64,000 nucleotides of DNA from IMG/VR virus record IMGVR_UViG_3300029267_004155. One strand, 5' to 3'. The notes below the pieces were generated by a model. It was not told where the DNA came from. It saw only the letters and a program-made list of their open reading frames with translations, and did no database searches. The DNA is from a virus. Its lineage: Duplodnaviria > Caudoviricetes. The position numbers were made by a program, and so were the translations under genes. This document shows, piece after piece, positions 20,849 to 28,951 of the stretch (position 1 is the first letter of the stretch; the number at the start of each line of letters is the position of its first letter).

Positions 20849-21180
20849 CCAAGAGGGAGGTCAGGCGAGCCAGGCGGTCCGGGGAGTACCCCTGCGACAT
20901 TTGCGGGAAGAGGCGGCCGCTCACCGAGCACCACATACATGGTCGCGAGGTCAGGAATTGGAGGAGCGGCTGGAATCTGGCCGCGATATGTCCAGATTGT
21001 CATGAGGACGTCCATATTGGTGTCTTGATTATTCTAGGCTGGTATCAAACTGACACTGGTCGATGTTTGGTTTGGCATAAAAAGGGGGAGCCGCTGCCGC
21101 CGTTTGGAGAAGCGGCAACACCGCCGCTATGGGGGGAGGAGCCGAAATTGGGGGAGGGGGCGACTCCGTATATTTTCTGA
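20845..21180 (+). CDS. HNH endonuclease
   Basis: CDICG...EHHIHG...NLAAICPDCHEDVH. Confidence 0.85.
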   Translation: MTKREVRRARRSGEYPCDICGKRRPLTEHHIHGREVRNWRSGWNLAAICPDCHEDVHIGVLIILGWYQTDTGRCLVWHKKGEPLPPFGEAATPPLWGEEPKLGEGATPYIF

Positions 21181-21199
21181 TCTTTTCTCCGCGTTTCTC

Positions 21200-21227
21200 G
21201 TGGAAAATCCTCCTCTTTTGGCAATAT
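21200..21227 (+). promoter_or_regulatory. promoter-like motif GTGGAAA-N13-GGCRATAT (copy 1)
   Basis: Intergenic; same motif and spacing at 32400 and 33217; AGGAGG SD follows. Confidence 0.6.
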
Positions 21228-21247
21228 AGGGGTAGGAGGATTACGAG

Positions 21248-21571
21248 ATGCCTGACCTAACGATCGAGACCTACCACCACTGCCGGTCCGCCTTGGAGCT
21301 TTCCAAGGAGGTGGCCGGGAGCCACGGCGAGACGTACGTCGTCACCCTGAGCAGACAGAACCCGGGGCCGTGCCGGTCCAACTGGCATTGCACCTGCCCG
21401 GCGTTCCGCTACCGGAGGGGCGACTGCAAGCACATCCGGCGCGTCAGGGCCGACGACCATTGCGGGTGGGCCGAGTTCCTCGACGGTGGCGAGCCCGACC
21501 GCGACGCGAACGGGAACGTGACTTGTCCGAGGTGCGGGGGGCCCGCGGAAGCCATGGGCTGGGCCGTATAA
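21248..21571 (+). CDS. SWIM zinc-finger protein
   Basis: WHCTCPAFRYRRGDCKHI plus C-terminal CPRCG. Confidence 0.8.
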   Translation: MPDLTIETYHHCRSALELSKEVAGSHGETYVVTLSRQNPGPCRSNWHCTCPAFRYRRGDCKHIRRVRADDHCGWAEFLDGGEPDRDANGNVTCPRCGGPAEAMGWAV

Positions 21572-21589
21572 TGTCGTGGAGGTGACGAG

Positions 21590-22177
21590 TTGAACAGGGC
21601 CATGATCATGCCGGACGGGACATACTTCGTCTACTCGGTGCTCAAGGTGCCGAGGACGGAGGCGGGGCACGAGGTCCGGGGGCTCAGCGTGAATCTGGAC
21701 GGCTCCGTTCGGGAGGTCACGGTGAAGGCCGTCTTTCGGTCCAGGAAGGCGGCCGAGGACAGGCTCAGGACCCTCGCCCGCATGAAGATGCTGAAGAAGA
21801 AGGCGAGGGAGGTGTCGGAGCATGAGCTTCCGGACGTCGTCAGGTCGAAGCTGGCGCCGGACCTCGATAGCGTGATGGGACCGGCCGACTTTCTCGGCAT
21901 GGTGGAGCGTGAGAAGAACCGGAGGGTGGTCGTCTTCAGGGACGTGACGGGGTTAGAGGACGTCTTCGAGCCGGACGTCGAGTACGACGGGGTCGAGGAC
22001 CCGGACGACGGGGACATCGTCGTCGTGACGGGACCGGACGGCGAGCCGCGGAACTGCTTCCGGTCGCGGTTCTTGAGGATCGACATAACTCCGGGGGCGC
22101 GGGAGGCGAGCGCCAAGGGTATCCTTAATCGCACGAGGGCGAGCGGGGCGTTCGACAGGTTCCGGAGGAACTCATGA
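21590..22177 (+). CDS. hypothetical protein
   Basis: GGAGGTG SD; CGTATAAT at 21565 upstream. Confidence 0.65.
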   Translation: MNRAMIMPDGTYFVYSVLKVPRTEAGHEVRGLSVNLDGSVREVTVKAVFRSRKAAEDRLRTLARMKMLKKKAREVSEHELPDVVRSKLAPDLDSVMGPADFLGMVEREKNRRVVVFRDVTGLEDVFEPDVEYDGVEDPDDGDIVVVTGPDGEPRNCFRSRFLRIDITPGAREASAKGILNRTRASGAFDRFRRNS

Positions 22178-22758
22178 GCGTTGGATACCACAACGGCGTC
22201 TATTACAAGCATGGTGGGGTTTCCACGGCTCGAAAGTGGGTCGCCTTCGAGGACGACCGGGAGACGATAGTCGGGAGATTCGGCACCAAGCGCGAGATGA
22301 TGGCGTTCATAGACTCGAGGAAGGGAGCAAAGACCATGGGTGCGCCTTCTGACAGGGTGGTCGGGGTCCGGGACAGGCTCAACGAGATGATCGAGTCCAT
22401 CGAGGGCGACGACCAGGAGTCGCACGTCATGCGGTGCTGCGTCGCCGTGGCGGTCGAGGAGATGGAGAGGTGGATGTACGACGGCAAGTACACGCCTTCC
22501 GTGAGGCCGGTGGACGAGCCGGGCAGGCCGGCCGGGAGCCAGTCGAAGGCTCCGGCCGACCGCGTGCTGGATTTCGAGCTTCCGTACGAGGACTGGCCGG
22601 AGGATGAGAGGATGGCGTTTCAGAGGGGGGAGCTCATCGTCATGGTCAAGGCGGTCCGGACCAGGTCCGGACGTGGCCTCAAGGAAGGGAAGGCGTACGT
22701 CGATCACCAGAAGGAGCGCTATCCGGGGTTGTGGGGTTACATTTCGAGAAAGAAGTAG
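22174..22758 (+). CDS. hypothetical protein with ribosomal L7/L12 C-terminal-like motif
   Basis: LIVMVKAVRTRSGRGLKEGKAYVD resembles KIxVIKxVRxxTGLGLKEAKxxVE. Confidence 0.6.
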   Translation: MSVGYHNGVYYKHGGVSTARKWVAFEDDRETIVGRFGTKREMMAFIDSRKGAKTMGAPSDRVVGVRDRLNEMIESIEGDDQESHVMRCCVAVAVEEMERWMYDGKYTPSVRPVDEPGRPAGSQSKAPADRVLDFELPYEDWPEDERMAFQRGELIVMVKAVRTRSGRGLKEGKAYVDHQKERYPGLWGYISRKK

Positions 22759-22788
22759 CGGTTTGGGCCGGCATCGTCCTTCGAAAGG

Positions 22789-22796
22789 CGTATAAT
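22789..22796 (+). promoter_or_regulatory. CGTATAAT -10-like element
   Basis: Intergenic, just before AGGAGG SD; recurs at 21565, 32211 (-), 46358, variant at 43569. Confidence 0.55.
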
Positions 22797-22812
22797 CTCT
22801 TAGGAGGTGCGT

Positions 22813-24162
22813 ATGCTGGAACGAATAGAGCTTTGGGACTGGGAGAGCCACGAGCACACCCTCATTGACGGGTTGTCGCCGGGCTTCAACCTTCTTTTCG
22901 GGGAGTCAAACGCAGGAAAATCGAGCGTTCTTCGGGCGCTGGAGCTGCTGGGCTACAACGACTTCGACCCGCAGTCCGTTCGCGTCGGGAGCAAGTTCTG
23001 CGTCGTCGAGGCCCAGACCGAGCGCGGCGTCGTCAGGTGCAGGAGGGGCAAGGGGGTCAACGAGTGGACGGTGACGACCAATGCGGGGGTGCAGGAGTTC
23101 AAGAACATCGGGAAGGCTCCGCTGAAGGAGGCGATGGACGTGCTCGGCTTCGGCCTCGTCACCCTCGGGGACGTGGACGTGCCGGTCAACATCATGGACC
23201 AGCTGGAGTCGCACTTCCTGCTGGCGGGGCTTGGGAGCAAGGACGCATCGGGGTCCGTCAGGGCCCAGGTGGTCGACGAGGTCTCCGGCCTGTCCGGGAT
23301 CGAGGGGCTCATCAAGGAAGTGAGCCTCGACAATCACAGGTGGGGGCGTGAGGTCAAGCAGCAGGAGGACAAGGCCAAGGAGTTCCGCAAGCAGAAGCAC
23401 GACGCGACCGAGCTCATGGCGGAGGCGGAGATAGTCAAGAGGGCCGGGGACCTGCTGAAGAGGAGCAGGGACCTGCGCTGGGCCTCCGAGACGGCCGACT
23501 CCATGGCCGACGAACACGAGACGCTGGAGGCGGAGACGGCCTTGATGGTCCTGGAGCTGGCACGTCTTCCTGACGAGGACGTGGTCCGGGTGATGGCCGA
23601 CATGATCGAGGAGGCGGTCCGGGGGGCGAGGAGGGCCGAGGAGGACCATGTCTCGTGGTTGTCGCTGACGGCCGAGATAGACTGCGTCGAGGACGTCTTG
23701 AGGAAGCTGCCCGACGAGGTCGCGGCGAGCAAGGCCGTGGAGTCGACGCCGGCCATGATGGACAGGGCGCGACGGGTGTCGGAGCTGCTTGGCTCCTTGG
23801 AGTCCGAGATGCTGGCCCGGGACGCCTTGGAGGCGGAGTCGGTCGCCCTTCCGGATGAGAGGGCGGCCATGGCCGCGGCGGACAGGGCGCACACGCTGGT
23901 GGCGAGGGCCAGGGGGGCGGCGATCCTGTCCGCGGAGACCGGGAAGCTCCAGGCGGAGATCGACGTCCTGGAGGGGCATCTCGGCTCTCTGGATGTCGAC
24001 GATGAGAAGCTGACCAGGGAGGAGTTCGAGCTGATGGCGTCTTTCGACGTGTGCCCGCTGACGATGGAGCCGATCGGCCCCGAGTGCCTGAAGCGGGTGC
24101 GCATACCGGTTTTGGACAAGGGCGACGTCGAGTCGGTCCTGAAGGAGAAGGGAATCGGGTGA
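22813..24162 (+). CDS. SbcC/Rad50-like ATPase, N-terminal half only
   Basis: LERIEL..WESH, Walker A GESNAGKSS, Q-loop-like DQLESHFLL, coiled coil, terminal CPLT..C; no signature motif or Walker B. Confidence 0.8.
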   Translation: MLERIELWDWESHEHTLIDGLSPGFNLLFGESNAGKSSVLRALELLGYNDFDPQSVRVGSKFCVVEAQTERGVVRCRRGKGVNEWTVTTNAGVQEFKNIGKAPLKEAMDVLGFGLVTLGDVDVPVNIMDQLESHFLLAGLGSKDASGSVRAQVVDEVSGLSGIEGLIKEVSLDNHRWGREVKQQEDKAKEFRKQKHDATELMAEAEIVKRAGDLLKRSRDLRWASETADSMADEHETLEAETALMVLELARLPDEDVVRVMADMIEEAVRGARRAEEDHVSWLSLTAEIDCVEDVLRKLPDEVAASKAVESTPAMMDRARRVSELLGSLESEMLARDALEAESVALPDERAAMAAADRAHTLVARARGAAILSAETGKLQAEIDVLEGHLGSLDVDDEKLTREEFELMASFDVCPLTMEPIGPECLKRVRIPVLDKGDVESVLKEKGIG

Positions 24163-24590
24163 TGAGGAAGCTGGTCGGCGGAAGGATCAAGATGGTCGTC
24201 GTCGGGGTGGGTCCGGTGAGCGGCGTGCTCATGGCGGACGAGAAGGACATCGTCTATCTCAGGGGCGACGACGACGGGTCGCTTACCAGGATCGTCAAGA
24301 GGCATATCGCGATGTTCAAGCCGGAGAAGGAGCCGGAAGGGTCGGCGAGCGCCTATGTCCTCTTCTGCGAGAACAAGGCGGCGCGCTGTCCCGGGGTTCA
24401 GTTTGTCGTGTCCGGCGAGGGCTTTCGGAAGGCGGATTTCGACTTGTTCATGGGACCGTGCCCGTGCCGGAGGGACGACTGCCGGCACGGCAGCAAGGGC
24501 GAGATAAGGTGCGTCGATCCGGCCTTCCTGGCTGGCATGCTGGACGGGACGTTGTATGGTGGCTATCCGGAAAAGGAGGCGCAGGGATGA
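24162..24590 (+). CDS. hypothetical protein (possible Sm/Hfq-like N-terminal domain plus Cys-rich tail)
   Basis: LVGGRIKMVVVGVGPVSGVL..D..IVYL...IVKRHIAMF pattern. Confidence 0.55.
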   Translation: MRKLVGGRIKMVVVGVGPVSGVLMADEKDIVYLRGDDDGSLTRIVKRHIAMFKPEKEPEGSASAYVLFCENKAARCPGVQFVVSGEGFRKADFDLFMGPCPCRRDDCRHGSKGEIRCVDPAFLAGMLDGTLYGGYPEKEAQG

Positions 24591-24868
24591 GTGAGGTAAC
24601 GCAGGATGTTGAAAGGAAGCTGGAGCGTCTGAGGAAGGTTCGGTCCGAGGCGGCCGACGTTGGCCGGCGGCGTGAGAGGATCGGTGGGGAGCTGGAAGCC
24701 AAGCAGAAGCGCGTGGCCGAGCTGGAGAAGCGGTCCCATGATGAGTTCGACTGCGAGCCCTCTGAGCTTCGGATCTTGGCGACGGACCTCATGTCCGAGG
24801 CGGACAAGGCGATAGCTAGCGCGGAGGCGATCCTGAGCGGAGGGGAGACCGATGATGCGGAAAGTTGA
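24587..24868 (+). CDS. small coiled-coil protein
   Basis: AAGGAGG SD; heptad-rich charged sequence. Confidence 0.65.
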   Translation: MSEVTQDVERKLERLRKVRSEAADVGRRRERIGGELEAKQKRVAELEKRSHDEFDCEPSELRILATDLMSEADKAIASAEAILSGGETDDAES

Positions 24869-25466
24869 GAATGGCCTGCGCTGGATGGGCGAGAGCCTGG
24901 AGAAGGTGAGGGGCGCTCCGGTGGTGCTGAAGCCGGAGGTCCACAGGGACGGCCGCGGGTATTTCGTGGAGACGTTCAACGAGCGGGACTTCCACGAGGC
25001 GCTAGGCTCGAAGGTCGGCGCCTTTGTTCAGGACAACGAGTCCATGTCGGCCATGGGGACCTTCAGGGGCCTCCACTACCAGATCGGGAACCCTGGGCAG
25101 GCCAAGCTGGTCCGGGTGTCCAGCGGGGCCGCGTACGACTTCGTGATGGATGTCAGGGAGGGGTCTCCAACCTTCGGGGAGTGGGGAGTCGCCTGCCTGA
25201 ACCATGAGAGCAAGTGGCAGATGTACATACCGGCCGGCTTCGCCCACGGCTTTCTGGCGACGGGGCAGCCGACCGTCTTCTCCTACAAGGTGGACTGCTA
25301 CCGGGAGAAGGAGAACGAGAGGGGCGTGAGATGGGACGATCCGGAGATAGGGATCGAGGAGTGGCTGATGGCCGGACATTGGTCCCGGAAGGAGGGCATG
25401 AGCCTGTCGAAGAGGGACATGGCGCTTCCGACTCTGGGGAGCTGCGAGCCTTCGCCGACGGCATGA
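24852..25466 (+). CDS. rmlC: dTDP-4-dehydrorhamnose 3,5-epimerase
   Basis: DGRGYFVETF, FVQDNES, RGLHYQ, QAKLVRV, DVREGSPTFG, PAGFAHGF, WDDP. Confidence 0.93.
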   Translation: MMRKVENGLRWMGESLEKVRGAPVVLKPEVHRDGRGYFVETFNERDFHEALGSKVGAFVQDNESMSAMGTFRGLHYQIGNPGQAKLVRVSSGAAYDFVMDVREGSPTFGEWGVACLNHESKWQMYIPAGFAHGFLATGQPTVFSYKVDCYREKENERGVRWDDPEIGIEEWLMAGHWSRKEGMSLSKRDMALPTLGSCEPSPTA

Positions 25467-25682
25467 TCCGGGGGATGGTCGAGGGGCTCGGGCTGCCGGC
25501 TCCGCTCTTTGGGATCGACCTCGGGGAGCCTGGCGGGGACAGGACCGTCCACGCGGTCGCCGACCGGGAGGGGCATGCCAAGGCCTTCGCCGAGAAGGCC
25601 CGGGAGGAAGGCGAGGAGGTCATGAAGGCCATGATCATGAACAACGAGCTCAAGGGAGCCGTGCAGGCGGGAGACGAGGAAA

Positions 25683-26429
25683 TTGAAGGTTGAACACCTG
25701 TCGGCGTCGAGGATCAAGACCTACGAGCAGTGCCAGCTCAAGTACCACGCCATCTACGACCTGAAGGTGCCGGAGGGCGAGCCTCATCCCCTGACCATCA
25801 TGGGGAAGGCCATCCACTGGGTCTTCGAGGACGGCGTCCTGAAAATGATAGGCGGACAGGTCGTGAACCTCCTGGAGACGGTCGAGCCGGCCTGCGAGAA
25901 GTTCAAGGTGGATGCGGACCTGTGGCCGCTCGCCCTGGAGCTGGTAGGGAACGGCATCCGGTGGGGCGCCCTGAGGAGGGTTGGCAGCACCATGGAGTGC
26001 GAGGTCGGGTTCGACGTGGAGCTGGCCGAGGACGTGAAGGCGGTCGGCTACATCGACCGGGTGGACTCCATGGCCGGCGGCCTGGACGTCCTGGACTACA
26101 AGAGCCAGAAGCGGGAGTTCGACGACGCGAAGCTGCCCGAGGACTGGCAGGCCCGCATCTACAACATCGCCGTCCGGGACAAGTATGCGGTGACGGGGAA
26201 CGTCAGGGTCTCCTTCTGGGTGCTGCGTCACAGGGTCCAGAGAGTGCTGAAGACGGCTGAGGACGCGAGGCGAGACCGGAAGGTCCTGATCGACCTGGCG
26301 GCCGAGATAAGGGCCTGTGACGATCCCGTGGCGTCTCCGTCGGCGCTGTGTCCGTGGTGCCCGTACCTGCCCAGGTGCGCGGAGGCCAAGAAGAGCAAGA
26401 AGCAAAGGTTCAAGGAGCGCTATGGCTGA
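25683..26429 (+). CDS. PD-(D/E)XK RecB/AddB-type exonuclease
   Basis: HLSASRIKTYEQC, GYIDRVD, LDYKS, QARIY, C-terminal CPWCPY..C. Confidence 0.88.
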   Translation: MKVEHLSASRIKTYEQCQLKYHAIYDLKVPEGEPHPLTIMGKAIHWVFEDGVLKMIGGQVVNLLETVEPACEKFKVDADLWPLALELVGNGIRWGALRRVGSTMECEVGFDVELAEDVKAVGYIDRVDSMAGGLDVLDYKSQKREFDDAKLPEDWQARIYNIAVRDKYAVTGNVRVSFWVLRHRVQRVLKTAEDARRDRKVLIDLAAEIRACDDPVASPSALCPWCPYLPRCAEAKKSKKQRFKERYG

Positions 26430-27012
26430 CATGGAGTTTCAGAGGGTGCCGGTGACTCATGCGACGGTGGGGCTAGACTTGTCCCTGGCGGCGACGGGGG
26501 TCTGCGTTAGGCAGGGTCAGGTGATATCGGTTGAGACGCTGAGGACGACGCCGAGGACGTGCGGGAGCGACCTGCTGAGGTTGGCGCACATCAGGGACGA
26601 GGTGATGTCCCGCATCCCGGCCTGCACCGCCATGGTCTGCGTCGAGGACATCTTCATGCCCCGGCAGCAGGCCAGGATCAGGCAGGCCATCAACCTGGCG
26701 CAGCTGGCCGGGGTGGTGCGCGTGGCCCTGGTGGAGGCGGGCTTCCCGTTCTTCGTGGTCGGGGATGGCCAGCTCAAGAAGTACGCCTGCGGCAAGGGCT
26801 CGGGGGTCCAGAAGAGCATCATCGTCCGGGAGGTGTACCGGAAGTGGGGCGTCGAGGCGAAGGACGACAACCAGGCCGATGGATGTGTGCTCGCCTATCT
26901 TGCTGAGACGATCTTTCAGATAAGAAGAGGCGAAGATGTTTCGCATTTGCCCAAGTACCAGATAGATGTAGCCAGAAAGGTGATAAAGGAAAGGCCTAGG
27001 TACAATGTCTGA
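26422..27012 (+). CDS. ruvC: Holliday junction resolvase (phage-type RuvC)
   Basis: VGLDLSLAATG, VCVED, LKKYACGKG, DDNQADG. Confidence 0.85.
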   Translation: MADMEFQRVPVTHATVGLDLSLAATGVCVRQGQVISVETLRTTPRTCGSDLLRLAHIRDEVMSRIPACTAMVCVEDIFMPRQQARIRQAINLAQLAGVVRVALVEAGFPFFVVGDGQLKKYACGKGSGVQKSIIVREVYRKWGVEAKDDNQADGCVLAYLAETIFQIRRGEDVSHLPKYQIDVARKVIKERPRYNV

Positions 27013-28951
27013 GGAGTGGGTCGTCGTTGTCACCGAGAGGAACGTCTGGCCTCCGGAGCACGGGTGCGACGCGAGGATCGTCAGGATGCTGAAGGGATGG
27101 AGGGCCTCGGGTTTCCGGGTGTGCCTGGTCGGCAGCTCCCTTGCCGGGGTGGCCGCGGCCGGGGACCTGGTCGACGACCTGGTCCTGGTCGGGGACGGCC
27201 CGCTCTGGGACTACTGCATGGACCTGGACCACTTCGACTTCTGGAGCTACCTGGTCCCGGTGGCCGACGCGTGCGCCAGGCACTCGGCCGTGGCGGCCGT
27301 GGCGGAGTACGTCTGGATGGCCCCGGCCCTGAGGTGCGTCCCGCAGGGGGTCGTCAGGGTGGTGGACACCCACGACCTGATGCACCGCCGGCGGGAGATA
27401 TACGAGGATCACGACATCGAGCCGTGGATCAGGGTGAGTCGGGAGGAGGAGGCCGCGATCCTGTCCGGGGCCGACGTCGTCGTGGCCATCCAGGAGGACG
27501 AGGCCGTGGAGTTCCGGGACATGATGCCCGGGACGTGCGTCGTGGTCGCGGGGCACTGGGTCGACGAGCCGCCGGCGATTCGTGTCGCCGTCCGCGACGA
27601 GGTGATGTTCGTGGGCTCCGACAACCCGTCCAACGAGCACTGCCTGCGGAAGTTCGTGGAGGAGACGTGGCCGCTGGTCCTGGACGAGGTCCCGGACGCG
27701 GTCCTGAAGGTATACGGGAAGGTGGCCGGGATCGACGACTTCTCGGCGTTCAAGGGAGTCGAGCCCGTCGGCTTCGTCGACGACCTGGCCTCGGCCTACG
27801 CCCAGGCGAAGGTGGTGGTCAACCCGGTGGCGCTGGGCACCGGCCTCAAGATCAAGACGGTCGAGGCCCTGGCGGCCGGCAAGGCGGTCGTCTGCACGTC
27901 GGAGGGTTGTTCCGGCATGACGAGGAGCGATGCGTCGTTCCTCGTCGAGGACGACGGGCCCGCGTTCGCGAAGCAGGTGGTTGCCGTCCTTCGGGACGAT
28001 TGCCGGCGTGTCGCGATGGAGGAGGGGGCTGCCTCCTACGCCAGGCGCCACTTCTCCGTGACGGCCGTCATGGGGCCGCTGGCCGCGGAGGTCCGGTCCC
28101 GGGCGCCGAAGGGTCGCGAGGGGTGGGCCGAGCCCAGGAGGAAGGCGAGGACGCCGGTCTTCCTTCACGCCATGGGTGACATGATGCTGGCGAGGGCCGT
28201 GGAGTGCTGGCGGCGCGCCGCGTGGAAGGGCAGCGTCCAGTCCGCGAGGAACCTGGCGTGGGCCTACAAGGAGGGGATCGGCGTGGACCGGGACGGGAAG
28301 ATGGCGGCCATGTGGGTCGGCGTGGCCCGGGGCGACGTCTTTCGGTCGGACCCCCAGATAGGGCAGGACAGGTGGGTGGTCGACCTGCTCGGCGGCATGC
28401 GGGGAGGCTACTTCGTGGACGCCGGGGCGTCGGACGGCCTCGGTGGCAGCAACACCTACGCCCTGGAGAAGCTGTTCGGCTGGGACGGCGTCTGCATCGA
28501 GGCAAGCGCCGAGTTCTATCCGGTCCTGTCGAGAAGCAGGACGTGCGCGTGCGCGTGCGTGTGCCTGTCCGACAGGGTCGGCTTCGAGAGGTTCGCGGAG
28601 GCCGGGTACCACGGCGGCATAGAGGGCCATCTCAAGGAGCACCACCGGGAGCACTGGGGCGGCGCGACGACGAGGGAGGCGCCGGCCGACACGCTGGACT
28701 CGGTCCTGAGGGGCGCGGGGGCGCCGAGGAGGATAGACTACATGTCGGTGGACCTGGAGGGCGGGGAGGTCGCCGTCCTGAACGCGTTCCCGTGGGACGA
28801 GTGGGACGTCCGCTGCATGACCGTCGAGAGGTCGTGTCCGGAGGTCGAGGGCGTCGTGCGCGACGCGGGCTTCGAGATCGTGAGGAGCGACTTCTGCTCG
28901 GAGGACGTGGACTGGGAGCTGCATTGCGTCGGGAGGTCCCGGGATGGCTGA
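27005..28951 (+). CDS. GT4 glycosyltransferase + SEL1 repeat + FkbM methyltransferase fusion
   Basis: VVDTHD, GTGLKIKTVEALAAG; ARNLAWAYKEGIGV; YFVDAGASDG..SNT, IDYMSVDLEGGE. Confidence 0.85.
   Translation: MSEEWVVVVTERNVWPPEHGCDARIVRMLKGWRASGFRVCLVGSSLAGVAAAGDLVDDLVLVGDGPLWDYCMDLDHFDFWSYLVPVADACARHSAVAAVAEYVWMAPALRCVPQGVVRVVDTHDLMHRRREIYEDHDIEPWIRVSREEEAAILSGADVVVAIQEDEAVEFRDMMPGTCVVVAGHWVDEPPAIRVAVRDEVMFVGSDNPSNEHCLRKFVEETWPLVLDEVPDAVLKVYGKVAGIDDFSAFKGVEPVGFVDDLASAYAQAKVVVNPVALGTGLKIKTVEALAAGKAVVCTSEGCSGMTRSDASFLVEDDGPAFAKQVVAVLRDDCRRVAMEEGAASYARRHFSVTAVMGPLAAEVRSRAPKGREGWAEPRRKARTPVFLHAMGDMMLARAVECWRRAAWKGSVQSARNLAWAYKEGIGVDRDGKMAAMWVGVARGDVFRSDPQIGQDRWVVDLLGGMRGGYFVDAGASDGLGGSNTYALEKLFGWDGVCIEASAEFYPVLSRSRTCACACVCLSDRVGFERFAEAGYHGGIEGHLKEHHREHWGGATTREAPADTLDSVLRGAGAPRRIDYMSVDLEGGEVAVLNAFPWDEWDVRCMTVERSCPEVEGVVRDAGFEIVRSDFCSEDVDWELHCVGRSRDG

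Noticed and set aside
25683-26429. Cas4 of a CRISPR system
   Set aside because: The RecB-type nuclease sits beside RuvC and SbcC-like genes with no cas genes or array; a recombination exonuclease is more parsimonious.
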